DNA of 64,000 nt from an uncultured Gammaproteobacteria bacterium (GCA_963748215.1 CAVVHS010000009.1:160001-224000), one strand, 5' to 3'. Positions 10,301 through 32,626 are shown, counted from the stretch's first letter. Numbers and translations: made by a program. Notes: generated from the letters alone by a model not told the origin.

Positions 10301-10363
10301 CCTCTGTGGCCCCGGTGTACGCGGTGGCGCTGTGTTCTCTGCGGCTTCGCGTCTCTGCGCGAG
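10301..10363 (-). repeat. Bipartite short tandem-repeat element (copy 1)
   Basis: Minus strand CTCGCGC-AGAGACGC-GAAGCCGC-AGAG...CCACCGCGTACACCGGGGCCACAGAG; same layout at 44414-44487. Confidence 0.55.
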
Positions 10364-10398
10364 GTTGATTTGATCCGGAAGGAATGTTCAATCGCCAA

Positions 10399-10938
10399 AT
10401 GAAACTCGGAACCCTCCCCGATTACCTCAAACCCGGCCTCGACATCGTCGCTATCGGTCTCAACCCGTCGCTGCCGTCGGTGCATGCCGGTTTCTATTTC
10501 GCCAACCCGCGCAATCGCTTCTGGCGCGCGCTGAATGCCAGCGGCCTGTTGCAGGCGCCGGTCGAGCCAGGTATCGAGGCCATGCAACGGGTGTTCGAGC
10601 GCGACGGCATCGGATTTACCGACGTGGTGAAACGCCCGACGGCCGGCGGTAGCGAATTGCGCGCGGCCGACTACCGCACCTGGGCACCGATACTTAAAGA
10701 GAAGCTTGAACAATTCGCGCCACGTATCGCCTGGTTCCAGGGCAAGCAGGCCTGCCGGAATTACTTCAGGTACGGCGAAGCGATGTGCGTGTCGCTCGAC
10801 TGGGGTCTGCAGCCGTTTTCGATTGGTGCCAGCCGGGTTTTCGTGACGCCGAACCCCAGTCCTGCCAATGCGGCCTATGCGCTGGATGAATTGACAGACT
10901 GGATGCGCCGGCTTGCGGCATTGCGTGCGCAGTTATAG
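10399..10938 (+). CDS. mug: G/U mismatch-specific DNA glycosylase
   Basis: LPDYL.PGLDIV.IGLNPS, FANPRNRFW, TPNPSPAN motifs; alternative start 10384. Confidence 0.88.
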   Translation: MKLGTLPDYLKPGLDIVAIGLNPSLPSVHAGFYFANPRNRFWRALNASGLLQAPVEPGIEAMQRVFERDGIGFTDVVKRPTAGGSELRAADYRTWAPILKEKLEQFAPRIAWFQGKQACRNYFRYGEAMCVSLDWGLQPFSIGASRVFVTPNPSPANAAYALDELTDWMRRLAALRAQL

Positions 10939-11096
10939 CGGAGGTGGCGATGTTTCCCTGCCGCGGGCCCGCTGGCTGGTAACGGCGAATTCACCTGCCC
11001 GGAGTCGGGGAATTGGCGTCCGGTTCCGGGTATCGACAGGCGTTTCGCAGGCCGTGATCTATACTCGTACTGACACAGTCTGCGGAGGAAGTGGGT

Positions 11097-11573
11097 ATGG
11101 CGATCGCATCCACAATATCGAATTACCTGGCCGAGCATGGGGTCGAGTACGACATCCTTTCACACCCGCATACCTCGACCAGCGGAGAGAGTGCGCAGGC
11201 CTCGCACATCCCCGGCAGCCGGCTTGCCAAGTCGGTGATCCTGGAGGATGACCTGGGTTACGTAATGGTGGTGCTGCCGGCAAGCCGTCAGGTCGATCTC
11301 GGCGAGTTGCATCGCCAGATGAACCGTAACCTCGGGCTGGCTACAGAGAGCGAGCTCGGGCGGCTGTTCCGGGACTGCGAGATCGGTGCGCTGCCGGCGC
11401 TGGGTCCGGCCTATGGGATCGAAACCCTGGTCGATGACCTGATTGCTGAACAACCGGATATCTATTTCGAGGCGGGTGACCACGAGCAGCTGATCCATGT
11501 CAGCGCCGAGGTATTCAATATGCTGCTGGGCGAACGGGCCGGGCATGGGCGTTTTTGCCACAAACCAGTATAG
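11097..11573 (+). CDS. YbaK/EbsC (aminoacyl-tRNA deacylase-like) protein
   Basis: LAKSVILED, FRDCEIGALPALG, IYFEAGDHE motifs; GGAGG RBS. Confidence 0.85.
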   Translation: MAIASTISNYLAEHGVEYDILSHPHTSTSGESAQASHIPGSRLAKSVILEDDLGYVMVVLPASRQVDLGELHRQMNRNLGLATESELGRLFRDCEIGALPALGPAYGIETLVDDLIAEQPDIYFEAGDHEQLIHVSAEVFNMLLGERAGHGRFCHKPV

Positions 11574-11593
11574 CTAACTGAATAATATATAAA

Positions 11594-12103
11594 TTATTGT
11601 CCGATGGCGTGGGCGTCCCAGTCCGGGCTGGTGCTGCTGGTGGCTGCCGGGTGGTGGCGCTGGATCTCCTCTTCGACTTCGTGGGCACGGGGTTCGGGGA
11701 CATCGACGACCAGCAGGATCTCGCCGTGCGCGACGGCATCGCGGAACTCGTTTAATTCCTTGTTGGCGGTGCTGTTCAGGTAGAGTCCAGTCAGAAAGTT
11801 GGCGGCCATGATAGCCACCGGCAGCAGCAGCCACCAGCTCAGTCCGACGAACACCGGTGCCAGGAATGTCGCGACCACGGCGACGGCAAAGCAGACGGTA
11901 TTGGTATTCCAGGCCAGCTGTTGTACCGAGCTGGTTCCGGTACCTGATCCGCGGGCGGGTAACCCGGGCAGGCCGTCCATGCGGGTATGCTGGTCACCAA
12001 TGGCGTGCATATGGTCTATGCCGATGCCATGTCCGACCAGGTCATCAACGACGGCGAGGGCCTGCGCCCGGTCAGGTATCAGGAAATACAGCCTCCGTTC
12101 CAT
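11594..12103 (-). CDS. Hypothetical membrane protein
   Basis: RRLYFLIPD start, two TM helices, GEILLVVDVP; GAGGGG RBS. Confidence 0.75.
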   Translation of the reverse strand: MERRLYFLIPDRAQALAVVDDLVGHGIGIDHMHAIGDQHTRMDGLPGLPARGSGTGTSSVQQLAWNTNTVCFAVAVVATFLAPVFVGLSWWLLLPVAIMAANFLTGLYLNSTANKELNEFRDAVAHGEILLVVDVPEPRAHEVEEEIQRHHPAATSSTSPDWDAHAIGQ

Positions 12104-12286
12104 CGCAAATCCCCTCTTATTTGTATGATAAACATCAGCATGGCTGTTATACGGGCGACTCGTCCTGCTACAGGATATGATTACGCGCGGTCATCCCTGT
12201 GAATAGCCGTCTTCCCTGTAAATGCAACCCGGCGCAGGCAAGATACTAACGTGGGGCATTACCTGCATTCAATCGCGGTATGCCTG

Positions 12287-12315
12287 TTGACTCTTGCATG
12301 AGCCTGCAAGACAAT
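12287..12315 (+). promoter_or_regulatory. Sigma70 promoter of tRNA-tuf operon
   Basis: TTGACT-17 bp-GACAAT, 17 nt before tRNA-Tyr. Confidence 0.65.
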
Positions 12316-12332
12316 AGCGGGCTTGCATTTTT

Positions 12333-12417
12333 GGAGGGGTTCCCGAGTGGTCAAAGGGATCAGACTGTAAATCTGACGGCTCAGCCTTCGGAGGTTCAAA
12401 TCCTCCCCCCTCCACCA
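12333..12417 (+). tRNA. tRNA-Tyr (GTA)
   Basis: 85-nt cloverleaf with long variable arm, anticodon loop CTGTAAA, GGTTCAAATCC, CCA end. Confidence 0.97.
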
Positions 12418-12473
12418 GATGTTGTTGGATAGCAGGGTCAGGCAGTCATGCCTGGCGTCGGATTTTGTGACAG

Positions 12474-12547
<74 letters not shown>

Positions 12548-12564
12548 GTAAGACAGGGTTTATT

Positions 12565-12640
<76 letters not shown>

Positions 12641-12720
12641 TACCGTTAAGCAGGGTTGGACCAGTTGCAGGCTGTATATATTAAGGTAACACGCACAAAC
12701 CGTAAGGGGAGCCAGGCGCG

Positions 12721-13913
12721 ATGTCAAAGGAAAAATTTGAACGAACGAAGCCGCACGTGAATGTGGGAACGATTGGACACGTGGATCACGGGAAGACGAC
12801 GTTGACGGCGGCGATCACGAAGGTGATGGCGGAGCTGCGCGGTGGCGAATTCAAGGCCTATGACCAGATTGACAATGCACCGGAAGAACGTGCGCGCGGC
12901 ATTACGATTGCGACGGCGCACGTGGAGTACGAGTCGGAGGCGCGTCACTATGCGCACGTGGACTGTCCGGGGCATGCGGATTATGTGAAGAACATGATCA
13001 CGGGTGCGGCGCAGATGGACGGTGCGATTCTGGTGGTGAGTGCGGCGGACGGTCCGATGCCGCAGACGCGCGAGCACATATTGCTGACGTCGTCAGGTCG
13101 GTGTTCCGTACATTCTGGTGTACATGAACAAGGCGGACATGGTTGACGATGCGGAGCTTCTGGAGCTGGTGGAGATGGAGATCCGGGAGTTGCTGGACAA
13201 GTATGATTTTCCGGGGGATGACACGCCGATTGTGACGGGATCTGCGCTGAAGGCGCTGGAGGGTGACACGAGCGACATTGGTGTGCCGTCGATTGTGAAG
13301 CTGGTTGAGGAGATGGATCGTTACATTCCGGAGCCGGAGCGTGCGATAGACGGTGGTTTTTTGATGCCGGTGGAGGATGTATTTTCGATTTCGGGCCGTG
13401 GCACGGTGGTAACGGGACGTATCGAGCGCGGGATTGTGAAGGTCGGCGACGAGATCGAGATTGTGGGTATCAACGCCGACGATGAAGACGACGTGCACGG
13501 GTGTGGAGATGTTCCGCAAGTTGCTGGACCAGGGGCAGGCGGGTGACAACGTGGGTGTATTGCTGCGCGGCACGAAGCGCGAGGAAGTGGAGCGTGGACA
13601 GGTGTTGTGCAAGCCGGGCAGCATCAAGCCGCACACGAAGTTCGAGTGCGAGGTGTACGTGCTGAGCAAGGAAGAGGGTGGTCGTCACACGCCGTTTTTC
13701 AGCAATTACCGACCGCAGTTTTATTTCCGCACGACGGACGTGACGGGTGCGGTGGATTTGCCGGAAGGTGTGGAGATGGTGATGCCGGGTGACAACGTGA
13801 AGATGACGGTGTCGCTGATTGCGCCGATTGCGATGGAAGACGGGCTGCGCTTCGCGATTCGCGAAGGCGGCCGCACCGTCGGTGCCGGCGTGGTGTCGAA
13901 GATTATCGAGTAA
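12721..13913 (+). CDS. tuf: Elongation factor Tu, copy 1 (two +1 frameshifts, likely sequencing errors)
   Basis: GHVDHGKTT; near-identical to intact copy at 29440; extra C at 13088 and extra G at 13475. Confidence 0.95.
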
Positions 13914-13931
13914 CGGGTTTGACGGGTATCT

Positions 13932-14007
13932 AGGCCAGTAGCTCAATTGGCAGAGCGGCGGTCTCCAAAACCGCAGGTTGGGGGTTCGATTCCCTCCTGG
14001 CCTGCCA
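13932..14007 (+). tRNA. tRNA-Trp (CCA)
   Basis: 76 nt, AGGCCAG/CTGGCCT stem, CTCCAAA loop, CCA; canonical position before secE. Confidence 0.97.
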
Positions 14008-14088
14008 TTAAGGCAGACCGGTCAGAACCCGTCATGATGGCGCATACAGGAAGCTGGACTCAGGGGCGCGACCCCGCTTATTCATCAT

Positions 14089-14466
14089 ATGAATGCAAAG
14101 GTTGAAACAGAAGTTAGCCGGTTCGACGGCCTGAAGTTAACGCTGGCGGTACTGTTGCTGGCCGGCGGTATCGGGGCTTTCTACTACTTCGAGGACCAGT
14201 TGCTGGTGGTGCGCGTGCTCGGCCTGCTCGCGGTTGCGGGCGTTGCCGTGTTCATCGCGGCGCAGTCCAGCATGGGCAGGGGCGTGCTCGGTTTCGTGAC
14301 CGGCGCGCAGTCCGAGGTGCGGCGCGTGGTCTGGCCGACGCGTGCGGAAACCGTGCAGACCACTCTGGCCGTGTTGTTTATCGTGTTGCTGGTCGGTATA
14401 GCCCTGTGGTTGCTGGACATGGTCCTGCTCTGGGCAATCAAGTTGCTGACTGGCCAGGGAGGCTGA
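14089..14466 (+). CDS. secE: Preprotein translocase SecE
   Basis: [10 protein letters not shown] motif, 3 TM, synteny. Confidence 0.95.
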   Translation: MNAKVETEVSRFDGLKLTLAVLLLAGGIGAFYYFEDQLLVVRVLGLLAVAGVAVFIAAQSSMGRGVLGFVTGAQSEVRRVVWPTRAETVQTTLAVLFIVLLVGIALWLLDMVLLWAIKLLTGQGG

Positions 14467-14468
14467 CG

Positions 14469-15002
14469 ATGTCATTTCAGTGGTATGTCGTACAGGCCTA
14501 TTCGGGGTTTGAGAACCAGGTCAAGCGTGCGCTGGAAGAACGCATTGCACGCGCCCAGATGCAGGATGCATTCGGCGACATCCTGGTGCCGACCGAGGAA
14601 GTGGTCGAGATGCGCGAGGGCGCAAAGCGCAAGAGCGAGCGCAAGTTCTTCCCGGGCTATGTGCTGGTGCAGATGGACATGAACGAGGACACCTGGCACC
14701 TGGTCAAGGATGCGCCCAAGGTGCTTGGCTTTATCGGCGGAACCAGCGATCGCCCCGCGCCGATCACCCAGCGCGAGGCCGATGCCATCCTGCAGCGCGT
14801 GCAGGAAGGCGCGGAGAAGCCGCGGCCGAAGGTGCTGTTCGAGGTCGGCGAGGTGGTGCGCGTCACCGACGGACCGTTCAACGACTTCAATGGCGTGGTG
14901 GAAGAAGTCAATTATGAAAAGAGCCGGCTGCGGGTCTCGGTCCTGATCTTCGGTCGCTCGACGCCGGTTGAACTGGAGTTCGGCCAGGTGGAGAAGGCTT
15001 AG
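14469..15002 (+). CDS. nusG: Transcription antitermination factor NusG
   Basis: [39 protein letters not shown]. Confidence 0.97.
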   Translation: MSFQWYVVQAYSGFENQVKRALEERIARAQMQDAFGDILVPTEEVVEMREGAKRKSERKFFPGYVLVQMDMNEDTWHLVKDAPKVLGFIGGTSDRPAPITQREADAILQRVQEGAEKPRPKVLFEVGEVVRVTDGPFNDFNGVVEEVNYEKSRLRVSVLIFGRSTPVELEFGQVEKA

Positions 15003-15010
15003 CACGAACC

Positions 15011-15074
15011 GGGGACAGATCTTTAGCTCTGTCCCCTTAGAGGAAAAAGGGGTCAGAACTGAAGTTCTGACCCC
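15011..15074. repeat. Pair of GGGG(A/T)CAG...CTG(T/A)CCCC palindromes (REP-like)
   Basis: ggggacaga..tctgtcccc (15011-15036) and ggggtcagaact.aagttctgacccc (15049-15074). Confidence 0.65.
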
Positions 15075-15092
15075 GGCCGGGATGTAACAACA

Positions 15093-15117
15093 GGGGAGCC
15101 GCGAGGCGCTTGTACCC
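15093..15117 (+). promoter_or_regulatory. L1-binding autoregulatory site in rplK leader
   Basis: GGGGAGCCGCGAGGCGCTTGTACCC just before the rplK RBS resembles the known L1 operator. Confidence 0.65.
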
Positions 15118-15129
15118 ACAGGAGTAACC

Positions 15130-15558
15130 ATGGCAAAGAAAATAGAGGCTTATATCAAGCTGCAGGTGCCTGCCGGTGCTGCCAACCCGAGTCCGCCGGT
15201 CGGCCCGGCGCTGGGTCAGCACGGCGTCAATATCATGGAGTTCTGCAAGGCGTTCAACGCGCAGACGCAGAGCCTGGAGAAGAATCTTCCGATCCCGGTG
15301 GTCATCACGGTCTACAGTGATCGCAGTTTTACCTTCATCACCAAGACGCCTCCGGCCTCGGTGCTGCTGCGGAAAATCGCCGGTGTCCCGAAGGGTTCGA
15401 GCACACCAAACACCGTCAAGGTCGGCAGCGTGACACGCGCCCAGCTGGAAGAGGTCGCCACCACCAAGATGCCTGACCTGAACGCCGCGGACATGGATGC
15501 GGCTGTGCGTATCATTGCCGGAAGTGCCCGCAGTATGGGCCTTGATGTGAAGGAGTAA
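15130..15558 (+). CDS. rplK: 50S ribosomal protein L11
   Basis: [23 protein letters not shown]. Confidence 0.98.
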   Translation: MAKKIEAYIKLQVPAGAANPSPPVGPALGQHGVNIMEFCKAFNAQTQSLEKNLPIPVVITVYSDRSFTFITKTPPASVLLRKIAGVPKGSSTPNTVKVGSVTRAQLEEVATTKMPDLNAADMDAAVRIIAGSARSMGLDVKE

Positions 15559-15564
15559 GCGATC

Positions 15565-16260
15565 ATGGCCAAACTGACAAAACGGGCAAAAACCATCCTG
15601 GAAAAGATCGAGCACGGCAGACAGTATCCGATCGACGATGCCCTGCGCCTGCTGCAGGATCTGTCCAGCGTGAAGTTCAAGGAATCGGTTGATGTCAGCG
15701 TCAACCTCGGTATCGATCCGCGCAAGTCCGACCAGGTCGTGCGCGGCGCCACCGTACTGCCGAACGGCACCGGCAAGACCGTGCGTGTTGCCGTATTCAC
15801 GCAGGGCGCGAACGCCGAAGCCGCGAAGGCCGCCGGCGCCGATATCGTGGGCTTTGAAGACCTGGCGGAACAGGTAAAGAAAGGCGTCATGGACTTCGAT
15901 GTCGTGATCGCCTCGCCTGACGCCATGCGCGTGGTCGGTGCGCTGGGCCAGATCCTGGGCCCGCGCGGCCTGATGCCGAACCCGAAAGTCGGCACGGTAA
16001 CGCCGGACGTTGCTACCGCGGTGAAGAACGCCAAGGCCGGCCAGGTGCGCTACCGCGCCGACAAGGCGGGCATTATCCACTGCGCTATCGGTCGCGTCGA
16101 TTTCGAGATCAACGCCCTGAAGGAGAACCTCGACGCACTGCTGGCGGACCTGAACAAGGTCAAGCCGGCGTCCGCCAAGGGCGTGTATATGAAGAAGGTA
16201 TCGGTCTCGACAACCATGGGGCCGGGGCTCCAGGTCGACCAGGCGACCCTGAGTTTGTAG
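15565..16260 (+). CDS. rplA: 50S ribosomal protein L1
   Basis: [14 protein letters not shown]. Confidence 0.98.
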   Translation: MAKLTKRAKTILEKIEHGRQYPIDDALRLLQDLSSVKFKESVDVSVNLGIDPRKSDQVVRGATVLPNGTGKTVRVAVFTQGANAEAAKAAGADIVGFEDLAEQVKKGVMDFDVVIASPDAMRVVGALGQILGPRGLMPNPKVGTVTPDVATAVKNAKAGQVRYRADKAGIIHCAIGRVDFEINALKENLDALLADLNKVKPASAKGVYMKKVSVSTTMGPGLQVDQATLSL

Positions 16261-16271
16261 GTTTGTATTCA

Positions 16272-16295
16272 CACCCTTCCCCGCGGGGAAGGGTG
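16272..16295. other. Strong hairpin after rplA
   Basis: cacccttcccc-gc-ggggaagggtg perfect inverted repeat. Confidence 0.5.
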
Positions 16296-16340
16296 AAAAG
16301 GAATTTGGCGCGAATGTCGTACCGGTAGGTGCGACGAGTA

Positions 16341-16416
16341 GCCGTCAAAGACCGCAGGTACGCGGCGTGAGTCGTGTTTAATTGTCTGCCACCGGCAGGC
16401 GGCCTGCGCAGAGGGT
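16341..16416 (+). promoter_or_regulatory. L10 leader (rplJ autoregulatory RNA)
   Basis: CCGTCAAAGACCGCAGG...TTAAT...CCTGCGCAGAGGG upstream of rplJ. Confidence 0.75.
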
Positions 16417-16552
16417 GAGCGCATGACAGTATATCGACCCTGTCTGTAGATCACCAAACGAGTGCGCCGGGCAATTGCCGGCGTGATGTCAATAAACGGG
16501 AAGGAATCATGCGGGCGCGTCCCGGGTGTGACTTCCTGAAGAGGTAAACACA

Positions 16553-17080
16553 ATGGCGTTAACTCTTGAAGAGAAAAAGGCTGTTGTTGCTGAAGTAGCC
16601 GAGGTTGCCAAAGGGGCGTTCTCGGCCGTTGCCGCGGAGTACTGCGGACTGACGGTCGAGCAGCTGACCAGCCTGCGAGTCAAGGCGCGTGAAGACAATG
16701 TCTACCTGCGCGTCGTGAAGAATACGCTGGCCCGCCGTGCCCTGGAAGGTACTGACTTCGCATGCATGAGCGAGCGGCTGACCGGCCCGCTGATCCTGGC
16801 GTTTTCGCAGGAGGATCCGGGTGCGGCCGCGCGCGTGACCAAGGACTTTGCCAAGGCAAACGACAAGTTCAAGGTCACCATGCTGTCCGTCGGCGGTGAA
16901 CTGCTTGAGCCAACCGAGATCGACAAGCTGGCCAAGCTCCCGACCCGCGACCAGGCGATCAGCATGCTGATGTCCGTGATGCAGGCCCCGATCACCAAGT
17001 TCGTCCAGACCCTCAACGAGGTCCCGGGCAAGCTGGTGCGTACCGTGGCAGCAGTGCGAGACGCCAAGCAGGCAGCATAA
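16553..17080 (+). CDS. rplJ: 50S ribosomal protein L10
   Basis: RVVKNTLARRA, LAKLPTR. Confidence 0.97.
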   Translation: MALTLEEKKAVVAEVAEVAKGAFSAVAAEYCGLTVEQLTSLRVKAREDNVYLRVVKNTLARRALEGTDFACMSERLTGPLILAFSQEDPGAAARVTKDFAKANDKFKVTMLSVGGELLEPTEIDKLAKLPTRDQAISMLMSVMQAPITKFVQTLNEVPGKLVRTVAAVRDAKQAA

Positions 17081-17123
17081 CCACATTTAATTTATTCAAA
17101 GATTACAGACAGGAGTATTCGAA

Positions 17124-17501
17124 ATGGCCGTTTCACAAGAAGAGATTCTGGAAACAATTGCAAACATGTCGGTGATGGACGTTGTTGGTCTGATCTCTGC
17201 CATGGAAGAGAAATTCGGCGTGTCCGCTGCCGCCGCCGTCGCGGTTGCCGCACCGGCTGCAGGTGGTGAAGCCGCCGCTGCGGAAGAGCAGACAGAGTTC
17301 GACGTCGTGATGACCAGCTTCGGCGAAAACAAGGTTGGCGTCATCAAGGCCGTCCGCGCGATCACCGGCCTGGGCCTGAAGGAAGCCAAGGACATGGTGG
17401 AAGGTGCACCGTCGACCGTGAAGGAAGCTGCCTCCAAGGACGACGCCGCCGACATCAAGAAACAGCTTGAGGACGCTGGCGCTACCGTAGAGCTTAAATA
17501 A
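17124..17501 (+). CDS. rplL: 50S ribosomal protein L7/L12
   Basis: [17 protein letters not shown]. Confidence 0.98.
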   Translation: MAVSQEEILETIANMSVMDVVGLISAMEEKFGVSAAAAVAVAAPAAGGEAAAAEEQTEFDVVMTSFGENKVGVIKAVRAITGLGLKEAKDMVEGAPSTVKEAASKDDAADIKKQLEDAGATVELK

Positions 17502-17547
17502 GCGGGTCGCGCGTAATCGATTTGTGATTACAGCAAACCCGGGAATA

Positions 17548-17589
17548 CAGGAAGGGCTGGACGCAGGACATGCGTCCGGCCTGTTCCTG
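17548..17589 (+). promoter_or_regulatory. Hairpin in rplL-rpoB spacer (probable attenuator)
   Basis: caggaa-gggctggacgca...tgcgtccggcc-tgttcctg stem; position matches the known beta-operon attenuator. Confidence 0.45.
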
Positions 17590-17700
17590 CTTGTTGAATA
17601 TGAAAGGACGCTGCACGTTATGTGCAGCGCCTGTCCGTGCCTGGCGCCAGACGCGCGGCACTGACACAGCTTTCTTCATCTTTACTGGAGAGGAAAACCG

Positions 17701-21950
<4,250 letters not shown>

Positions 21951-22023
21951 CAACTGGAACATGCAACAGGAATATCAGCAGCCGGTTCGCCGGTAACGCG
22001 ACACTCCACGTGCAGGAGAGACG

Positions 22024-26253
<4,230 letters not shown>

Positions 26254-26262
26254 AAATCAACC

Positions 26263-26291
26263 TTGACAGGGCAGTGCCCTGCTTCTAAAAT
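26263..26291 (+). promoter_or_regulatory. Sigma70 promoter of str operon
   Basis: TTGACA-17 bp-TAAAAT. Confidence 0.8.
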
Positions 26292-26302
26292 TCCGCTCCT
26301 TT

Positions 26303-26337
26303 CGACAGGCCGGTCCTACCGGCCTGTCGTTTGTTTT
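26303..26337 (+). terminator. Terminator-like hairpin in rpsL leader
   Basis: cgacaggccggt-cct-accggcctgtcg followed by tttgtttt. Confidence 0.55.
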
Positions 26338-26383
26338 CAGCTACAGAATAATTTCGATCTAATTCTCGGGGTTTTGTTGAGTA

Positions 26384-26758
26384 ATGGCCACAATCAATCA
26401 ATTAGTACGCAAGCCGCGCTCCCGTAAACGGGAAAAAAGTACCGTCCCGGCGCTGGAGGCCTGTCCCCAGAAGCGCGGTGTCTGCACGCGCGTCTATACC
26501 ACGACCCCGAAGAAGCCGAACTCGGCGCTGCGCAAGGTCGCGCGCGTGCGGCTGACCAACGGTTTCGAGGTCACCACATATATCGGTGGTGAGGGTCACA
26601 ACCTGCAGGAGCACTCGGTGGTGCTGATCCGCGGCGGCCGTGTCAAGGATTTGCCGGGTGTGCGTTACCACACCGTGCGCGGCAGCCTCGACACCTCCGG
26701 CGTCACCAGTCGCCGCCAGGGCCGCTCCAAGTACGGTGCCAAGCGCCCGAAGTCATAG
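26384..26758 (+). CDS. rpsL: 30S ribosomal protein S12
   Basis: [13 protein letters not shown]. Confidence 0.99.
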   Translation: MATINQLVRKPRSRKREKSTVPALEACPQKRGVCTRVYTTTPKKPNSALRKVARVRLTNGFEVTTYIGGEGHNLQEHSVVLIRGGRVKDLPGVRYHTVRGSLDTSGVTSRRQGRSKYGAKRPKS

Positions 26759-26787
26759 TCCAGGTCGAACAACGAACAGCGATTTGA

Positions 26788-27267
<480 letters not shown>

Positions 27268-27305
27268 GCAGACGCCAGAATATTACAGACGAGCAGGATA
27301 CGACC

Positions 27306-29403
<2,098 letters not shown>

Positions 29404-29439
29404 GCTTTTTTAATCTGACGAACATAGAGGAATACAGTC

Positions 29440-30630
29440 GTGTCAAAGGAAAAATTTCAACGAACGAAGCCGCACGTGAATGTGGGAACGATTGGACACG
29501 TGGATCACGGGAAGACGACGTTGACGGCGGCGATCACGAAGGTGATGGCGGAGCTGCGCGGTGGCGAATTCAAGGCCTATGACCAGATTGACAACGCACC
29601 GGAAGAACGTGCGCGCGGCATTACGATTGCGACGGCGCACGTGGAGTACGAGTCGGAGGCGCGTCACTATGCGCACGTGGACTGTCCGGGGCATGCGGAT
29701 TATGTGAAGAACATGATCACGGGTGCGGCGCAGATGGACGGTGCGATTCTGGTGGTGAGTGCGGCGGACGGTCCGATGCCGCAGACGCGCGAGCACATAT
29801 TGCTGAGTCGTCAGGTCGGTGTTCCGTACATTCTGGTGTACATGAACAAGGCGGACATGGTTGACGATGCGGAGCTTCTGGAGCTGGTAGAGATGGAGAT
29901 CCGGGAGTTGCTGGACAAGTATGATTTTCCGGGGGATGACACGCCGATTGTGACGGGATCTGCACTGAAGGCGCTGGAGGGTGACACGAGCGACATTGGT
30001 GTGCCGTCGATTGTGAAGCTGGTTGAGGAGATGGATCGTTACATACCGGAGCCGGAGCGTGCGATAGACGGTGGTTTTTTGATGCCGGTGGAGGATGTAT
30101 TTTCGATTTCGGGCCGCGGCACGGTGGTAACGGGACGTATCGAGCGCGGGATTGTGAAGGTCGGCGACGAGATCGAGATTGTGGGTATCAACCCGACGAT
30201 GAAGACGACGTGCACGGGTGTGGAGATGTTCCGCAAGTTGCTGGACCAGGGGCAGGCGGGTGACAACGTGGGTGTATTGCTGCGCGGCACGAAGCGCGAG
30301 GAAGTGGAGCGTGGACAGGTGTTGTGCAAGCCGGGCAGCATCAAGCCGCACACGAAGTTCGAGTGCGAGGTGTACGTGCTGAGCAAGGAAGAGGGTGGTC
30401 GTCACACGCCGTTTTTCAGCAATTACCGACCGCAGTTTTATTTCCGCACGACGGACGTGACGGGTGCGGTGGATTTGCCGGAAGGAGTGGAGATGGTGAT
30501 GCCGGGTGACAACGTGAAGATGACGGTGTCGCTGATTGCGCCGATTGCGATGGAAGACGGGCTGCGCTTCGCGATTCGCGAAGGCGGCCGCACCGTCGGT
30601 GCCGGCGTGGTGTCGAAGATTATCGAATGA
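29440..30630 (+). CDS. tuf: Elongation factor Tu, copy 2 (intact)
   Basis: 396-aa ORF, GTG start. Confidence 0.99.
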   Translation: MSKEKFQRTKPHVNVGTIGHVDHGKTTLTAAITKVMAELRGGEFKAYDQIDNAPEERARGITIATAHVEYESEARHYAHVDCPGHADYVKNMITGAAQMDGAILVVSAADGPMPQTREHILLSRQVGVPYILVYMNKADMVDDAELLELVEMEIRELLDKYDFPGDDTPIVTGSALKALEGDTSDIGVPSIVKLVEEMDRYIPEPERAIDGGFLMPVEDVFSISGRGTVVTGRIERGIVKVGDEIEIVGINPTMKTTCTGVEMFRKLLDQGQAGDNVGVLLRGTKREEVERGQVLCKPGSIKPHTKFECEVYVLSKEEGGRHTPFFSNYRPQFYFRTTDVTGAVDLPEGVEMVMPGDNVKMTVSLIAPIAMEDGLRFAIREGGRTVGAGVVSKIIE

Positions 30631-30639
30631 TGTAAGGGT

Positions 30640-31064
<425 letters not shown>

Positions 31065-31075
31065 TGGATAACGAG

Positions 31076-31717
31076 ATGACTATCGGAATTGTAGGACGCA
31101 AGGCAGGCATGACGCGCATCATCGGTGATGACGGCGTCACCGTGCCGGTAACGGTGATCGCGGTCGAGCCGAACCGCGTGACGCAGGTCAAGACCGCCGA
31201 TTCGGACGGCTACCGTGCGCTGCAGGTAACCACCGGCAATCGCAAGCCCTCACGCGTGACCCGCCCCATGGCAGGTCATTTCGCCAAGGCCGGTACCGAG
31301 GCGGGTCGCGGTCTGTGGGAATTCCCGCTGGCCGACGGCGAGGGTGATGACATCCAGGTCGGCAGCGAGATCAATGTCGCGATGTTCGAGGCCGGGCAGA
31401 AGGTCGACGTCACCGGAACCTCGATCGGCAAGGGTTTTGCCGGCGTGATCAAGCGCTATCACTTCAGCATGCAGGATGCGACGCACGGTAACTCGCTGTC
31501 GCACCGGGCGCCGGGTTCCATCGGTCAGAACCAGACCCCGGGACGCGTCGTCAAGGGCAAGAAGATGTGCGGCCACCTCGGCAACGTGCGTCGCAGCACC
31601 CAGAATATCGAGGTGGTGCGAGTCGATGCCGAGCGTAACCTGCTGCTGGTGAAGGGCTCGGTACCGGGCGCCAGGGGTGGTGATGTGATCATTCGTCCGG
31701 CAGTCAAGGCGCGCTAG
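31076..31717 (+). CDS. rplC: 50S ribosomal protein L3
   Basis: [25 protein letters not shown]. Confidence 0.98.
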   Translation: MTIGIVGRKAGMTRIIGDDGVTVPVTVIAVEPNRVTQVKTADSDGYRALQVTTGNRKPSRVTRPMAGHFAKAGTEAGRGLWEFPLADGEGDDIQVGSEINVAMFEAGQKVDVTGTSIGKGFAGVIKRYHFSMQDATHGNSLSHRAPGSIGQNQTPGRVVKGKKMCGHLGNVRRSTQNIEVVRVDAERNLLLVKGSVPGARGGDVIIRPAVKAR

Positions 31718-31727
31718 GAGTATTACG

Positions 31728-32333
31728 ATGGATTTACAGTTACAAGGTGCCAAGGCGAAAATCAAGGTCTCCGACGTCGTCTTCGGCCAGGACTTCAAGG
31801 AAGCGCTGGTTCACCAGGTCCTGACGGCCTGCATGGCGAGCGCGCGGTCCGGCAATTCGCAGCAGAAGACCCGCTCCATGGTCAGGGGCGGCGGCATCAA
31901 GCCGTGGCGCCAGAAGGGTACCGGCCGGGCACGTGCCGGCACCATCCGCAGCCCGCTGTGGCGTGGCGGCGGCAAGGTGTTCGCGTCCGTGCCGCGCAGC
32001 TATGCACAGAAGGTCAACCGCAAGATGTACCGTGCGGCCATGCGCTCGATCCTGTCCGAGCTGCTGCGCCAGGACCGTCTGCTGACGATCGAGTCGTTCG
32101 ATGTTGCGGCGCCCAAGACGCGGGAACTGGCCGGCAAGCTGAAGGGACTGGGTCTGGACAACGTGCTGATCGTGTCCGACTCGGCGGATGACAACCTGTA
32201 TCTGGCCGCACGCAACCTGCCGCGGGTCGCCGTGTGTGATGTGACCGATGCAGACCCGGTGAGCCTGGTCGGTTTCGACAAGGTACTGATGACCACCGGG
32301 GCGTTGAAGCAACTCGAGGAGCGTCTCGCATGA
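31728..32333 (+). CDS. rplD: 50S ribosomal protein L4
   Basis: [14 protein letters not shown]. Confidence 0.98.
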   Translation: MDLQLQGAKAKIKVSDVVFGQDFKEALVHQVLTACMASARSGNSQQKTRSMVRGGGIKPWRQKGTGRARAGTIRSPLWRGGGKVFASVPRSYAQKVNRKMYRAAMRSILSELLRQDRLLTIESFDVAAPKTRELAGKLKGLGLDNVLIVSDSADDNLYLAARNLPRVAVCDVTDADPVSLVGFDKVLMTTGALKQLEERLA

Positions 32334-32626
32334 ACCGGGAACAATTGATGAAGGTGCTGCTGGCCCCGATCGTGTCGGAGAAGAGCACACGCCTGTCCGA
32401 CGCGAGTCGCCAGTACATATTCAAGGTCCTGCCCGGTGCCACCAAGCCGGATATCAGGAAAGCCGTCGAACTGATGTTCGACGTAAGGGTCAACAGCGTC
32501 CAGGTCAGCAACGTGCACGGCAAGGTCAAGCGTCACGGCGCCACCACCGGAAGGCGGGCTGACTGGAAAAAGGCCTACGTGACCCTGGCCGAAGGGCACG
32601 ACATCGATTTCATGGGAGCGGAGTAG
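32330..32626 (+). CDS. rplW: 50S ribosomal protein L23
   Basis: [14 protein letters not shown]. Confidence 0.97.
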   Translation: MNREQLMKVLLAPIVSEKSTRLSDASRQYIFKVLPGATKPDIRKAVELMFDVRVNSVQVSNVHGKVKRHGATTGRRADWKKAYVTLAEGHDIDFMGAE

